Source of the DNA: Candidatus Omnitrophota bacterium | GTDB lineage: Bacteria; Omnitrophota; Gorgyraeia; Gygaellales; JBFMHM01 | DNA: 64,000 bases | Reading direction: 5' to 3' | Assembly: GCA_040753015.1 (NCBI GenBank) | Contig: JBFMHM010000006.1 | Location: forward strand, 20,467 to 84,466 | Part shown: one piece after another, positions 10,258 through 20,248 of the stretch | Numbering within the stretch: the stretch's first letter is position 1 | Layout of the letters: each line of letters opens with the position of its first letter | Made by a program: the position numbers and the translations under genes | Notes under the pieces: model-generated | Database searches by the model: none | What the model saw: only the letters and a program-made list of their open reading frames with translations | What the model was told of the DNA's origin: nothing

Positions 10258-10749
10258 ATGATTAGAAAAATAGCTATAGTAGGAAATCCCAACGTAGGAA
10301 AGTCAGTTTTGTTTAATAATTTGACGGGTAGTTATGCTATAGTATCAAATTATCCCGGTACAACTGTAGAAGTTTCCAGAGGAAAGGCGAATATATCTGG
10401 TTTTGATTTTGAAATTATTGATACACCGGGTATGTATTCCCTTTTACCGATAACCGAAGAAGAGCGCGTTACAAGGAAAATTCTTTTTAATGAAAAACCT
10501 TGCCTAGTAATACATGTTATCGATACAAAAAATTTAGAACGGATGCTTTCTCTTACCTTGCAGCTAAAAGAGGCAGGTTTTCCTTTAATTATTGATTTAA
10601 ACATTATGGATGAGGCCTTAAGCAATGGTATTGAAATTAACATCTTGGCATTAGAGAAAGAATTAGGTGTGCCTATAGTTGAAACGGTATCTACGTTAAA
10701 AGAGGGGATGGATATCTTAAAGACAAAAATTATGGAGATATGCCGTTAG
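10258..10749 (+). CDS. feoB: FeoB GTPase domain (stand-alone half of split FeoB)
   Basis: GNPNVGKS, NYPGTTV, DTPGMYSL G-motifs. Confidence 0.88.
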   Translation: MIRKIAIVGNPNVGKSVLFNNLTGSYAIVSNYPGTTVEVSRGKANISGFDFEIIDTPGMYSLLPITEEERVTRKILFNEKPCLVIHVIDTKNLERMLSLTLQLKEAGFPLIIDLNIMDEALSNGIEINILALEKELGVPIVETVSTLKEGMDILKTKIMEICR

Positions 10750-12189
10750 ATGGAAACAATATCCTATGGTAAAGTACTGGATGATTTTATTAGCCGCATA
10801 GAGGCCTTGCTTAATTTTGATTATTCAATTAGCAAACATGCTGTTAGCATATTTTTGTTACAGGATGATAGTGAGATAATTAATATCGTTAGTCAAAAAG
10901 AAGCCCAATGGCCAAAAATCCAAGCAATTATTAGCGAGGCAAAATTAAAATATCCATATTCTTTAAGCTATCTTTTTGCCGTAGAACGCCAGAATTATAT
11001 AAATAAAGTCGTAAAAAAAGTGAAAAAGATTAATCCTAAGCCGCAAAATAGATTATTTATTATGTTTGATTGGTTGACCACAAATCCTTTTACAGGTATA
11101 CCATTATTACTTTTTATCCTCTATTGGGGATTATATAAGTTCGTAGGCGTATTTGGCGCAGGTACGTTAGTAAATTTTATAGAGGATAAAATATTTATTA
11201 ATCATATAAACCCTTGGGTTACTAATTTATTTATTCATATCTTTCCTTGGAAAACTATTCAAGGTTTATTCGTTGGTGAATATGGAATTATTACTTTAGG
11301 CATTCGTTACGCGATTGCTTTAATACTGCCCATAGTTACAACGTTCTTTTTTGCTTTTGCAATTTTAGAAGATTCTGGGTATCTTCCGCGGCTTGCTTTA
11401 TTAATTGATCGTGTATTTAAAAAAATTGGCCTTTCTGGTCGCGCTGTAATTCCATTAGTACTTGGTTTTGGCTGTGATACTATGGCAACAATGGTGACGC
11501 GTACCCTTCCTACTAAACGAGAGAGGATTATTGCGACATTACTTTTGGCTTTAGCTATTCCTTGTTCAGCTCAAATGGGCGTGATTTTAGCACTTTTAGA
11601 AGGAAGTCCGCGGGCAATGTTTGTTTGGATTGCTACAATAATCTTAGTTTTTTTAATCGTTGGATTTCTGGCAAAAAAGATTTTGCCGGGCACGCCTCCC
11701 AGTTTTTATATGGAGATTCCCCCAATTCGATTTCCCTTAATTTCGAATGTTTTTATAAAAACTTATAGCCGGATTAAATGGTATATAAAAGAAGTTATTC
11801 CGTTATTTGCATATGCTAGTTTTTTTATTTGGTTAGGTAAATTAATAGGCATATTTAATATTTTTGTTAAAATTTTAGAGTATCCTGTTAAATGGATAGG
11901 TTTACCGAAAGAGGCTTCTGTTGCATTTTTATTTGGTTTTTTCAGGCGTGATTATGGCGCGGCCGGGCTTTATGATTTAAAAAAATTAGGATTTTTATCG
12001 GCTAACCAGCTGGCAATTAGTTGTATAACTTTAACATTATTTTTACCTTGTATTGCACAATTATTAATGAATATAAAAGAGCGCGGTTGGCGTTTAGGAC
12101 TAGGGATTTCGTTATTTGTTCTGTTATTTTCTTTTAGTGTAGGGTATTTAGTGAATTTTATATTTACTGTTTTTACAATAAGTTTGTAA
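10750..12189 (+). CDS. feoB: FeoB helical and membrane (gate) domains
   Basis: LEDSGYLPR, GFGC, PCSAQ, MEIPP, PCIA motifs. Confidence 0.9.
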   Translation: METISYGKVLDDFISRIEALLNFDYSISKHAVSIFLLQDDSEIINIVSQKEAQWPKIQAIISEAKLKYPYSLSYLFAVERQNYINKVVKKVKKINPKPQNRLFIMFDWLTTNPFTGIPLLLFILYWGLYKFVGVFGAGTLVNFIEDKIFINHINPWVTNLFIHIFPWKTIQGLFVGEYGIITLGIRYAIALILPIVTTFFFAFAILEDSGYLPRLALLIDRVFKKIGLSGRAVIPLVLGFGCDTMATMVTRTLPTKRERIIATLLLALAIPCSAQMGVILALLEGSPRAMFVWIATIILVFLIVGFLAKKILPGTPPSFYMEIPPIRFPLISNVFIKTYSRIKWYIKEVIPLFAYASFFIWLGKLIGIFNIFVKILEYPVKWIGLPKEASVAFLFGFFRRDYGAAGLYDLKKLGFLSANQLAISCITLTLFLPCIAQLLMNIKERGWRLGLGISLFVLLFSFSVGYLVNFIFTVFTISL

Positions 12190-12201
12190 AGGAGAATTAA
12201 G

Positions 12202-12843
12202 ATGGATAATTTAAGTGAGCATGCCGAAGAAATATTAGAGGCACTGTGGATTCAAGGAGAAGATCGTCCGGGTAAACCCTTAGATTTAGGTATTATTAAG
12301 GACGACCCTGCTTGTCAAGAATTGTCAAAATTGAATTTTATAAAAGTTATCGATGGGCATATTATTTTACTTGATAAAGGTAGGAAGCAGGCAGAATTAG
12401 CAATTAGGCGGCATCGTTTATCCGAGCGGCTAATGACAGATATATTTGATGTTAAGAAAGAAGATGTTGATAGCATAAGCTGTAAATTTGAACACCTTCT
12501 TCATAAAGGCCTAGAAGATAAAGTTTGTGCTTTATTAGGGCATCCTCGTCTTTGCCCTCATGGGAAAAATATTCCAAGGGGAGAATGTTGTAAGAATAAA
12601 AAGAAGCAGCTAGGCGTACTTATTTCACCGCTTGCAGATTTAAGAAAGAACGAAGAAGGAAAAATTGCCTACTTACATACCAAAGACCCATTGGTTATGC
12701 AAAAATTAATGAGCTTGGGTGTCTTGCCGGGATTAGAGATAAAGGTTATGCAGCATTTTCCTTCTTGTGTTTTTAAAATTGGCCATTCGCAGTTTGCGAT
12801 TGATAAAGAATTAGCACTATCCATATATGTAAGGGGTATATAG
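12202..12843 (+). CDS. DtxR/MntR-family metal-dependent regulator with C-terminal FeoA domain
   Basis: IRRHRLSERL, CKFEH, LGHPRLCPHG; C-terminal KLMSLGVLPG FeoA SH3-like motif. Confidence 0.85.
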   Translation: MDNLSEHAEEILEALWIQGEDRPGKPLDLGIIKDDPACQELSKLNFIKVIDGHIILLDKGRKQAELAIRRHRLSERLMTDIFDVKKEDVDSISCKFEHLLHKGLEDKVCALLGHPRLCPHGKNIPRGECCKNKKKQLGVLISPLADLRKNEEGKIAYLHTKDPLVMQKLMSLGVLPGLEIKVMQHFPSCVFKIGHSQFAIDKELALSIYVRGI

Positions 12844-12867
12844 TAATTTAAATTTTATTTATATATT

Positions 12868-13878
12868 TTGGAAGAAAGGATTGTTGTGGTTAAAAGAATT
12901 AAAAAATTTATTATTTTTATAATTATTTGCGTTGCAATTACTTTTCTTTCAAGTTTTGGATTTCGTTTTACAAAAAATCCGCTCAAATTTCCTATTAAGG
13001 AAAATGCAGAATTGGTTAATAATTTAAAATCTCATGTTGAAAAATTAAGTTTTGAAATTGGTGATAGAAGTGTTTTTAAGTATGATAAATTATGCCAGGC
13101 CGCTGACTATATAACAGAAATTTTTCAATCATTAGGCTACGAGGTTACTTTTCAGAAATATGATTTTTCAGGATACGAAGTAAAAAATATTATTGCTGTA
13201 AAAAAGGGAGAGGTTAATCCTAATGCATATGTGATTGTTGGTGCGCATTATGATACTTTTTTTAATCCCGGGGCAGATGATAATGCCAGTGGCGTAGCAG
13301 CTGTTTTAGAAATTGCCAGGATGCTTGCCAGGGAGAATACGCGGCGTTCAATAAAGTTTATTGCTTTTGTAAATGAGGAAGGAACTTTTTTTAAAAGTAA
13401 ATATTCGGGGAGTATAAATTATATAAAGGAAGCAAATAAGAGAGATGAAAATATCCGGGCGGTTATCATAATAGATATGTTGGGTTATTATTCAGAAAAA
13501 TTATTTTCTCAACATTATCCGCCAGTGATATTGAGTTTATTTTATCCAAATAGAGGTAATTTTGTAGGAATATATAGTAACTGGGATTCACGTTGGCTTA
13601 AACACAAATTGATGGCGAGTTTTAAGAGGACTACCCCGTTTCCTATCCAAGGCGTATCAGTTGCGTCTTTCCCGGGCGTAGGTTTTTCCGATCAGGTTCC
13701 ATTTTGGCTGGAAAATTATGATGCTGTATTGATTGGTGATACTGCTGGTTTTCGTAATCCTTATTATCATGGTAATTACCCTCCAAGGATAATTGATACT
13801 TATGATACGCTTGATTACGATAAAATGGCCGAAGTTGTAAGAGGTCTAAAAGCAGCTATTTTAAATATTGCAAGTTAA
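12868..13878 (+). CDS. M28 family metallopeptidase with N-terminal membrane anchor
   Basis: GAHYD, GADDNASGVA, NEE, SDQ, YH motifs. Confidence 0.85.
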   Translation: MEERIVVVKRIKKFIIFIIICVAITFLSSFGFRFTKNPLKFPIKENAELVNNLKSHVEKLSFEIGDRSVFKYDKLCQAADYITEIFQSLGYEVTFQKYDFSGYEVKNIIAVKKGEVNPNAYVIVGAHYDTFFNPGADDNASGVAAVLEIARMLARENTRRSIKFIAFVNEEGTFFKSKYSGSINYIKEANKRDENIRAVIIIDMLGYYSEKLFSQHYPPVILSLFYPNRGNFVGIYSNWDSRWLKHKLMASFKRTTPFPIQGVSVASFPGVGFSDQVPFWLENYDAVLIGDTAGFRNPYYHGNYPPRIIDTYDTLDYDKMAEVVRGLKAAILNIAS

Positions 13879-13885
13879 TCTGATA

Positions 13886-14770
13886 TTAAAATTCTTTTTT
13901 TATTTTTGTGATTACTCCCCAGTTGTATCCTTCATAAGAAACGCCCACAGGTGCGCCGATGCCGAAATCAAAACCGCCTATAAATTTTTCAAATTCATAT
14001 TTAATTCCTGGGTTAATATATACTTCGGTGAAATGATTATGAGTGCCGTTTATATTTTCAGTTTCAAATTTTCCTATAGTTTCAAGAATTAAATCAATAT
14101 TTTTTGTTGCAAGATAAACTACAGCAAGGCCGCATTCAAAACCTACTTCATCCAATTTTGTTTCTTCGCCTTCTTCCCGGGCATGAGGCATATATTCACC
14201 GGAAAAATTTGTATGCAAAATAAATTTATTTATTTGTCTACTAATACTAACGCCGCCTTCAAAACCAAAATGATTACTTCCCAGGTCTTTTTTCCAATTA
14301 CCAGAAGGAAAAGATACTCCTAGGCAAAATGAGATACTTGGGATAAGGCTATTTTCTTTTTCATCTAATATTTTAAATTTTAATCCAGCCTCGATATCGC
14401 TTATTCCAGAGCTATTAAGATAAGAAATAGTTGTTGTATCCGAATCTATAGTTGTTTTTTTATCTACTTTAGAAAAGGGAATTTTTAATTCTGCATTTAG
14501 CCAATCGAATATGCCATATTCCGTTGCCATAATCCAATTCCATGTGTTTTTTATTTTTAATTTATCTTCTCTTTGGCCATCTTCATATTCAACTTCTCTG
14601 ATTTTTTTATTATCCAGATACTGCACGGTAAAACTTGGCTCCCATTCGCTTTTGTCAATCAAATAAGCACTTTCAAGTAAAAATAAAAAATCGTGCTTTG
14701 CGTAAGATGGACTATAAAAACATAGAATTACCAAAATCAATACAATAAATATAGTAATTATTTTTTCCAT
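13886..14770 (-). CDS. Putative outer-membrane beta-barrel protein (MetA-pathway/transporter-like)
   Basis: Likely start MEKIITIF with signal peptide ending SYA; GISDIEAGLKFKI and FPSG motifs, amphipathic beta strands, C-terminal Phe. Confidence 0.65.
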   Translation of the reverse strand: MEKIITIFIVLILVILCFYSPSYAKHDFLFLLESAYLIDKSEWEPSFTVQYLDNKKIREVEYEDGQREDKLKIKNTWNWIMATEYGIFDWLNAELKIPFSKVDKKTTIDSDTTTISYLNSSGISDIEAGLKFKILDEKENSLIPSISFCLGVSFPSGNWKKDLGSNHFGFEGGVSISRQINKFILHTNFSGEYMPHAREEGEETKLDEVGFECGLAVVYLATKNIDLILETIGKFETENINGTHNHFTEVYINPGIKYEFEKFIGGFDFGIGAPVGVSYEGYNWGVITKIKKEF

Positions 14771-14850
14771 ATATTTCTTCCATATAGGGTGGAGATCATT
14801 TATATTTATAAGATAGCATAGCTTATATGTCAATATAAAAAAAATTTTTC

Positions 14851-14902
14851 TTGACTTTTTTTATCCGTATGTTATACTATACTATGTTGATAGAGATAAT
14901 AG
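14851..14902 (+). promoter_or_regulatory. sigma70 promoter with putative Rrf2 operator upstream of cysH operon
   Basis: TTGACT-N16-TATACT (TGn extension) followed by CTATAC-N7-ATAGAG; near-identical 30-mer at 23114-23143. Confidence 0.75.
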
Positions 14903-14950
14903 GGTAATAGTAGATTGTAAATTATTAAAATAATACCAGGGAGGTAATAA

Positions 14951-15658
14951 ATGAGTTTGTTGGAAAATAAAGATGATTTAAAAATATTAGTGGAAAAGTT
15001 AAATTTTAAGGAAAAAGTTGAACGTTCTAAAGAATTAATCAGGGAGGCTTACATAAAATATGGTGATTCTTTAGTTGTTGCAAATAGTTTGGGTAAAGAT
15101 TCTGTTGTGGTTTGGGATTTGGCAAAAAAAGTAAATTCTAAAATACGGGGATTTATTGTTACGACTAGATTTAAACCCGATGCTACAAAAAAATTTATGG
15201 AGGAGACTATAGCAAAATATCCGGAATTAAAAATTTATAAAAGTGAAGTAAAAATTCCGGAAAATCTTTATGAAACCGACCCGGATAAATGTTGTGATAT
15301 TTTAAAGGTCGAACCTGTAAAAAGAGCAATCGAGGAATTGAATGTTAAATGTTGGGTAACGGGACTTCGCTGTACTGAAGGCCGCACTCGTACTGATTAC
15401 AAAGAGGTTGAAGAACGAGATGAGGGCCTAATAAAACTAAATCCTATTCTTATTTGGAAAGAAAGAGAGGTTTGGCAGTATTTGGCAATTTATCAGGTGT
15501 CGGTTAATCAGCTTTACGCTGAAGGTTATAGGTCACTTGGTTGTGCACCTTGCACAAAAATAACTAGTGATGATAACGAACGTGCAGGACGTTGGATAGG
15601 CACGAGTAAATGCGGTGGTGAATGTGGAATTCATACCCGGCCTTTAAAAAAATCGTAA
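14951..15658 (+). CDS. cysH: APS/PAPS reductase (4Fe-4S APS-reductase type)
   Basis: SLGKDS PP-loop, DPDKCC, YRSLGCAPCT, ERAGRW, ECGIH. Confidence 0.9.
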   Translation: MSLLENKDDLKILVEKLNFKEKVERSKELIREAYIKYGDSLVVANSLGKDSVVVWDLAKKVNSKIRGFIVTTRFKPDATKKFMEETIAKYPELKIYKSEVKIPENLYETDPDKCCDILKVEPVKRAIEELNVKCWVTGLRCTEGRTRTDYKEVEERDEGLIKLNPILIWKEREVWQYLAIYQVSVNQLYAEGYRSLGCAPCTKITSDDNERAGRWIGTSKCGGECGIHTRPLKKS

Positions 15659-15667
15659 GGAGCTATT

Positions 15668-16627
15668 TTGTCAGGAGTTATTATCCTAATTATATTAGCA
15701 ATTTTTCTTGCAATGAATATGGGGATAAGCGGTTTTTCTGTATCGTTTGCCCCTTCTTATGGCAGTAATATTCTAAGTAAGAATAGGGCTGCTATTTTAT
15801 ATGCCATTTGTGTAATTTTAGGTGCATATTTTTTAGGAGCACGTGTGGTTAATACCCTATCGAAAAAAATTTTTTCTTGCGATATTAGTTTGTATTCTAG
15901 TATAGTAATTTTTTCTTCTTGCGCGATAACAATGTTTTTGAGTAATATTTTAAAAGTTCCGCAGTCAACTAGTTTTGTAACTGTGGCAAGTTTTGTTGGC
16001 GCAGGAATTTTCTATGGGAAAGTTAATTGGTATACAGTTATAAAAATATTATTATTCGCGTTAATCTTTTCAATATTATCGTTTACTATTACTATTTTAC
16101 TTAAAAGGAAAATTTATCCGCCACATCAGCGAAATTTAAGATTCTATGAAAAGTTTTTTGCGCACAGAGATAAATTCAAAAAATTTATAATATTTCATGA
16201 TCTTTATGCGGCTTTTAGTATCGGAACAAACAATGTGGCCAATGTTGTTGCCCCATTAATTTTTCTTATTGGTGAGTCGAATATTTTTTTATTTTTGTTT
16301 TTTGGTGTTTTTTTTGCTTTGGGCGCATATTTAAAAGGAGAGAAATTAATTAAATCTGTATCTAAAGAAATTATTCCAGTAGGGGAGTTTTCTGCAAGTA
16401 TTGTTTCTTTTACTACGGCCACTTTTGTAATTATTGCTTCATTTTTTGGTTTGCCCACTCCTTATGTACAATTTACAACTTTTTCCCTTTTAGGAATAAG
16501 CTGTGTTAAAGATGGTTTTAGATATACCTTTAGCAAGACGATTGTAAAAAGGATTTTATGCGTTTGGATTTTAGTGCCACTCTTTACAACATTTTTAAGC
16601 TATATTTTGCATAGGATTATTTTATGA
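15668..16627 (+). CDS. PiT family anion permease (CysP-like sulfate permease by context)
   Basis: Multi-TM; VPQSTS and GTNNVAN PiT-like motifs; located between cysH and cysK. Confidence 0.72.
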   Translation: MSGVIILIILAIFLAMNMGISGFSVSFAPSYGSNILSKNRAAILYAICVILGAYFLGARVVNTLSKKIFSCDISLYSSIVIFSSCAITMFLSNILKVPQSTSFVTVASFVGAGIFYGKVNWYTVIKILLFALIFSILSFTITILLKRKIYPPHQRNLRFYEKFFAHRDKFKKFIIFHDLYAAFSIGTNNVANVVAPLIFLIGESNIFLFLFFGVFFALGAYLKGEKLIKSVSKEIIPVGEFSASIVSFTTATFVIIASFFGLPTPYVQFTTFSLLGISCVKDGFRYTFSKTIVKRILCVWILVPLFTTFLSYILHRIIL

Positions 16628-17559
16628 GCACAAATGATAATTACAGTGAAGATATTTTAAGATTGATCGGTAATACCCCTTTAATAAAACTCAATAAAAT
16701 TGTTGAGCCGGATTCTGCCGAGGTATTTGCTAAGGCAGAATTTTTAAACCCAGGAGGAAGTGTTAAAGACAGAATTGCTCTTAGTATGATTGAAGATGCT
16801 GAAAATAGGAGTTTACTTAAGGCAAATTCAATAGTTATTGAGCCGACAAGTGGTAATACCGGGATAGGATTGGCGATGGTTTGTGCTGTGAAAGGCTATA
16901 AGTGTATTTTGACAATGCCAGAGACAATGAGTTTGGAGCGGTTTTATATTTTGAGGGCTTATGGCGCGGAGGTTATTTTAACACCTACAAGCGAAGGAGT
17001 GTCTGGTGCGATTAAAAAAGCAAATGAAATTCTAAAGAAGACCCCTAATGCTTTTATCTTACAGCAGTTTGATAATTTGGCAAATCCAGAAATTCATCGC
17101 AAAACGACAGCAAAAGAAATTTTAGCTCAAACTAAAGGTGAGCTTGATGCATTTGTTAGTGCTGTAGGTACAGGCGGCACAATCACCGGGGTGGGTGAAG
17201 TATTGAAAAAACACAACAAAGAAATAAAAATTTATGCTGTTGAGCCAAAGACCAGTGCAGTTTTATCTGGAGGAAAGCCTGGCCATCATAAGATTCAAGG
17301 TATTGGCGCAGGATTTATACCGCGCGTATTAAATCGTGATGTTATTGACAAGGTAATTCAAGTTAGCGATGAAGATGCTTTTAAGACAGCTAAATTAATT
17401 GCAAAAAAAGAAGGTATCTTTGTGGGCACTTCGAGTGGTGCGGCTTTGTTTGCAGCATTGGATGTGGCAAGAAAATTAGGTAAAAATAAACGGGTAATTA
17501 CAGTGTTTCCTGATACAGGGGAACGCTATTTTTCTCTAACCCAATATTTCGAGTTTTAG
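16624..17559 (+). CDS. cysK: Cysteine synthase A (copy 1)
   Basis: [29 protein letters not shown]. Confidence 0.93.
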   Translation: MSTNDNYSEDILRLIGNTPLIKLNKIVEPDSAEVFAKAEFLNPGGSVKDRIALSMIEDAENRSLLKANSIVIEPTSGNTGIGLAMVCAVKGYKCILTMPETMSLERFYILRAYGAEVILTPTSEGVSGAIKKANEILKKTPNAFILQQFDNLANPEIHRKTTAKEILAQTKGELDAFVSAVGTGGTITGVGEVLKKHNKEIKIYAVEPKTSAVLSGGKPGHHKIQGIGAGFIPRVLNRDVIDKVIQVSDEDAFKTAKLIAKKEGIFVGTSSGAALFAALDVARKLGKNKRVITVFPDTGERYFSLTQYFEF

Positions 17560-17562
17560 TCA

Positions 17563-18036
17563 ATGAGATACTATCCTATTGCTTTAAATTTAGCTAATAA
17601 AAAAGTATTAGTTGTGGGGGCAGGTAAGATTGGGAAACGAAAAATTAACAGATTATTAGAATGTAGGGCAAAAGTTAAGGTTGTGAGCATTTGCGCTAAT
17701 AAAGATATTAGAATAAAAGCTAAATTAAAAAAAATTGTTTTATTAAGGCGACCATATAAAACATCTGATACAAAAAATGCAGATTTAATTATTGCTGCAA
17801 CTAACAATAAAACGCTTAATCAAAGAATTAGTCAACTAGCAAATAAGAAGAGGGTATTGGTTAATGTTGTAGACGATTCTTATTTAAGTAACTTTATTTC
17901 ACCGGCTATTTTGCGTAGGGAAAAAAGCATTGTTGCTGTTTACAGTGATGCAAAAGATCCTAAACTATCAAAAGATTTAAAAAATTTTATTGAGGATAAG
18001 TGGAATGAATTTTTATCTTATCGGAGTGGACTATAG
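17563..18036 (+). CDS. Precorrin-2 dehydrogenase/sirohydrochlorin ferrochelatase (SirC/Met8-like), short
   Basis: YYPIALNL, VVGAGKIG, IAAT, VNVVD..FISPA. Confidence 0.85.
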   Translation: MRYYPIALNLANKKVLVVGAGKIGKRKINRLLECRAKVKVVSICANKDIRIKAKLKKIVLLRRPYKTSDTKNADLIIAATNNKTLNQRISQLANKKRVLVNVVDDSYLSNFISPAILRREKSIVAVYSDAKDPKLSKDLKNFIEDKWNEFLSYRSGL

Positions 18037-18949
18037 GGTAGCTGATATCAAAACACGAGAAGATATTTTAGAGCGCAAGAATGAAATTTCGAATTTTTTT
18101 GCAACAAGATACCCAAAGAGTAGTTTATTTGTTACTTGTAATCGCTTTGAGGTATCTTTATTAGGAGACGAATATCCGCAGAAAGAGTTTATCAGTCCTA
18201 ATGCTTATCTTCTGAGTGGTAAGACGCATATTTTTAAGCATGCATTGCGTTTAGCTGTTGGTTTAGAATCTCAATTAAAAGGGGAAAGACAAATTTTACA
18301 ACAGATAGGCCAATGGTATAAAAATATTCCTTTTGTTTTACAAGATTTATGGCAGAAAGCCTATTTAGATGCAGAATATGTTAGAAATATATCCGGTCTA
18401 AATAAGATTTCTTATGATATAGCACATATTATTTATAATGATATCAAAAAAAATATTCCACATAAACCATTGCAGGGATTAATAGTGGGCACAGGAAAAA
18501 TAGCAGAGTTATTCGCATTCTGGCATCCTTCATCTATAGAGCTAACATTTGTAGGTAATAAAAATAAAGAACGTGCTAGCCTATTAGCTATTAAGGCAAG
18601 AGGTAAAATATTATCTATAACAGAATTAAAAGAAGCTATTGAAAGAATGGATTTTATAGTGAGCGCAACTAAAAGTCCGCATTTTATTTTAAGGCAAGCA
18701 GATATTAAAGGGGTGGTTTTAAGACGTAAAACGCCTCTTTATATTTATGATTTAGCTATACCGCGCGATATAGATCCCGAGGTTAAAAATCTAACCAATG
18801 TTATTTTGAAAAATATGGATGATTTGAAGGATAATTTTGAGAGTGCTAATTTAAATATAAAAGATAGGCTTAGTTTAGCAACTTACCTTGTTGAGGAGAG
18901 AGTTGATGTCTATACGCGTTGGTACTCGGCCGAGCCGGCTTGCATTTAG
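18005..18949 (+). CDS. hemA: Glutamyl-tRNA reductase, shortened
   Basis: TCNRFE catalytic Cys, GLESQLKGERQILQQI, GTGKIA, DLAIPRDIDP; C-terminal dimerisation domain appears missing. Confidence 0.82.
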   Translation: MNFYLIGVDYRVADIKTREDILERKNEISNFFATRYPKSSLFVTCNRFEVSLLGDEYPQKEFISPNAYLLSGKTHIFKHALRLAVGLESQLKGERQILQQIGQWYKNIPFVLQDLWQKAYLDAEYVRNISGLNKISYDIAHIIYNDIKKNIPHKPLQGLIVGTGKIAELFAFWHPSSIELTFVGNKNKERASLLAIKARGKILSITELKEAIERMDFIVSATKSPHFILRQADIKGVVLRRKTPLYIYDLAIPRDIDPEVKNLTNVILKNMDDLKDNFESANLNIKDRLSLATYLVEERVDVYTRWYSAEPACI

Positions 18950-19565
18950 GCAGGTTGAAGAAATAAAGTGTTTAGTATCTGGTGTTGAATTTGTAGTCAT
19001 TCCAATACAAACACAAGGCGATAAAGATAAAATAACGCCATTATCCAGCGTAAGAGAACCCGATTTTTTTACAAGAGAAATCGACGAGGCTCTTTTAGAT
19101 GGAAAAATTGATATAGCAATTCATAGTAGTAAAGACCTATCCCCGATTCTTACAGATGGTTTAGTTATATTTTTTGAGACCGAATCAATTAGTCGTTTTG
19201 ATGTTTTAGTGTCTAGGGATAATTTTAAATTACATCAATTATCGAAGCATTCACGGATTGGCGTGAGCAGTCAGCGTAGAAGAGATGCTGTGTATCTTTT
19301 AAGGCCGGATTTAGAGCTAATAGATGTTAGAGGGAATATTGATGAACGTATTCGTTTGCTTGATGAGAATAAGATTGATGCCTTAATTGTTGCCGAGGCG
19401 GCGTTAATCCGTCTTGATTTGGAAAACCGGATTTCAGAAATATTTCCCCTAGATCTTTTTGAGACGCATCCGAAGCAGGGGAGTTTGTCTTTGGTTGCAA
19501 GGGAGGATAGGTGGCAAAAACTAAAGTCTATATTATCGGCGCCGGGCCTGGTGATTGGGAATTAA
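18906..19565 (+). CDS. hemC: Hydroxymethylbilane synthase, lacking C-terminal domain 3
   Basis: IRVGTRPSRLA, FFTREID, AIHSSKD, VRGNIDER, QGSL; ends about 80 aa early. Confidence 0.8.
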   Translation: MSIRVGTRPSRLAFRQVEEIKCLVSGVEFVVIPIQTQGDKDKITPLSSVREPDFFTREIDEALLDGKIDIAIHSSKDLSPILTDGLVIFFETESISRFDVLVSRDNFKLHQLSKHSRIGVSSQRRRDAVYLLRPDLELIDVRGNIDERIRLLDENKIDALIVAEAALIRLDLENRISEIFPLDLFETHPKQGSLSLVAREDRWQKLKSILSAPGLVIGN

Positions 19566-20248
19566 TTAGCATCAAAGGCCTAAAGAGAATAAAACAAGCC
19601 GATGTTATTTTATATGATTTTTTATCATCCAAAAAACTTCTTTCATTTGCAAAAGCTGATGCCGAAATCATCTGCGTTGGCAAGAAAGATGGAGTACATT
19701 TATTAGAACAGGATCAGATAAACAAGTTAATCTGCAAAAAGGCAAAAGAAGGTAAAACCGTAGTTCGGCTTAAGGGAGGAGATTCATTTCTTTTTAGTCG
19801 GGGAATAGATGAGGCTTTGTATTTAAAGAAGCAGGATATTAAGTTTAATGTTATTCCAGGGATTGCTTCGGCATTTGCGGCTCCAGGAAGTTTTGGAATT
19901 CCTTTGACAAAAAAAGGAGAATTTTCCTCAGTTGCGGTTTTAACTGGAAGGAAAAGTAACGGCGAGAATATTGATGCACCAGGCTGCGATACTTTAATTT
20001 ATCTAATGGCAGTTACAAATATAAAAAATGTTGTTAGTAGAATTATTAAATCAGGTAGAGATAGATTTACGCCTTGTGCATTTATTGAAAGAGGAACAAC
20101 TAATAGAGAAAGGATTTTGCCGGGGAACCTTTCTAATATAGTTGACAAAGCAAAAAGATTTTCAATTAAATCTCCGGCAGTATTTATTGTGGGGGAAATT
20201 ATTAAATATGGCAAGAAAATTTATGGGCATAAATATAAAATTAGATAA
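19511..20248 (+). CDS. cobA: Uroporphyrinogen-III C-methyltransferase
   Basis: GAGPGD, VVRLKGGD, VIPGIAS motifs; no HemD fusion. Confidence 0.92.
   Translation: MAKTKVYIIGAGPGDWELISIKGLKRIKQADVILYDFLSSKKLLSFAKADAEIICVGKKDGVHLLEQDQINKLICKKAKEGKTVVRLKGGDSFLFSRGIDEALYLKKQDIKFNVIPGIASAFAAPGSFGIPLTKKGEFSSVAVLTGRKSNGENIDAPGCDTLIYLMAVTNIKNVVSRIIKSGRDRFTPCAFIERGTTNRERILPGNLSNIVDKAKRFSIKSPAVFIVGEIIKYGKKIYGHKYKIR

Noticed and set aside
10747-10752. Genome-wide amber recoding or pyrrolysine suggested by TAG-ATG junctions
   Set aside because: TAG ends several clearly complete genes (fprA, cysK copy 1, nadA), a TAA-ATG junction also occurs (thiH-thiF), and no pyl genes are in the window.
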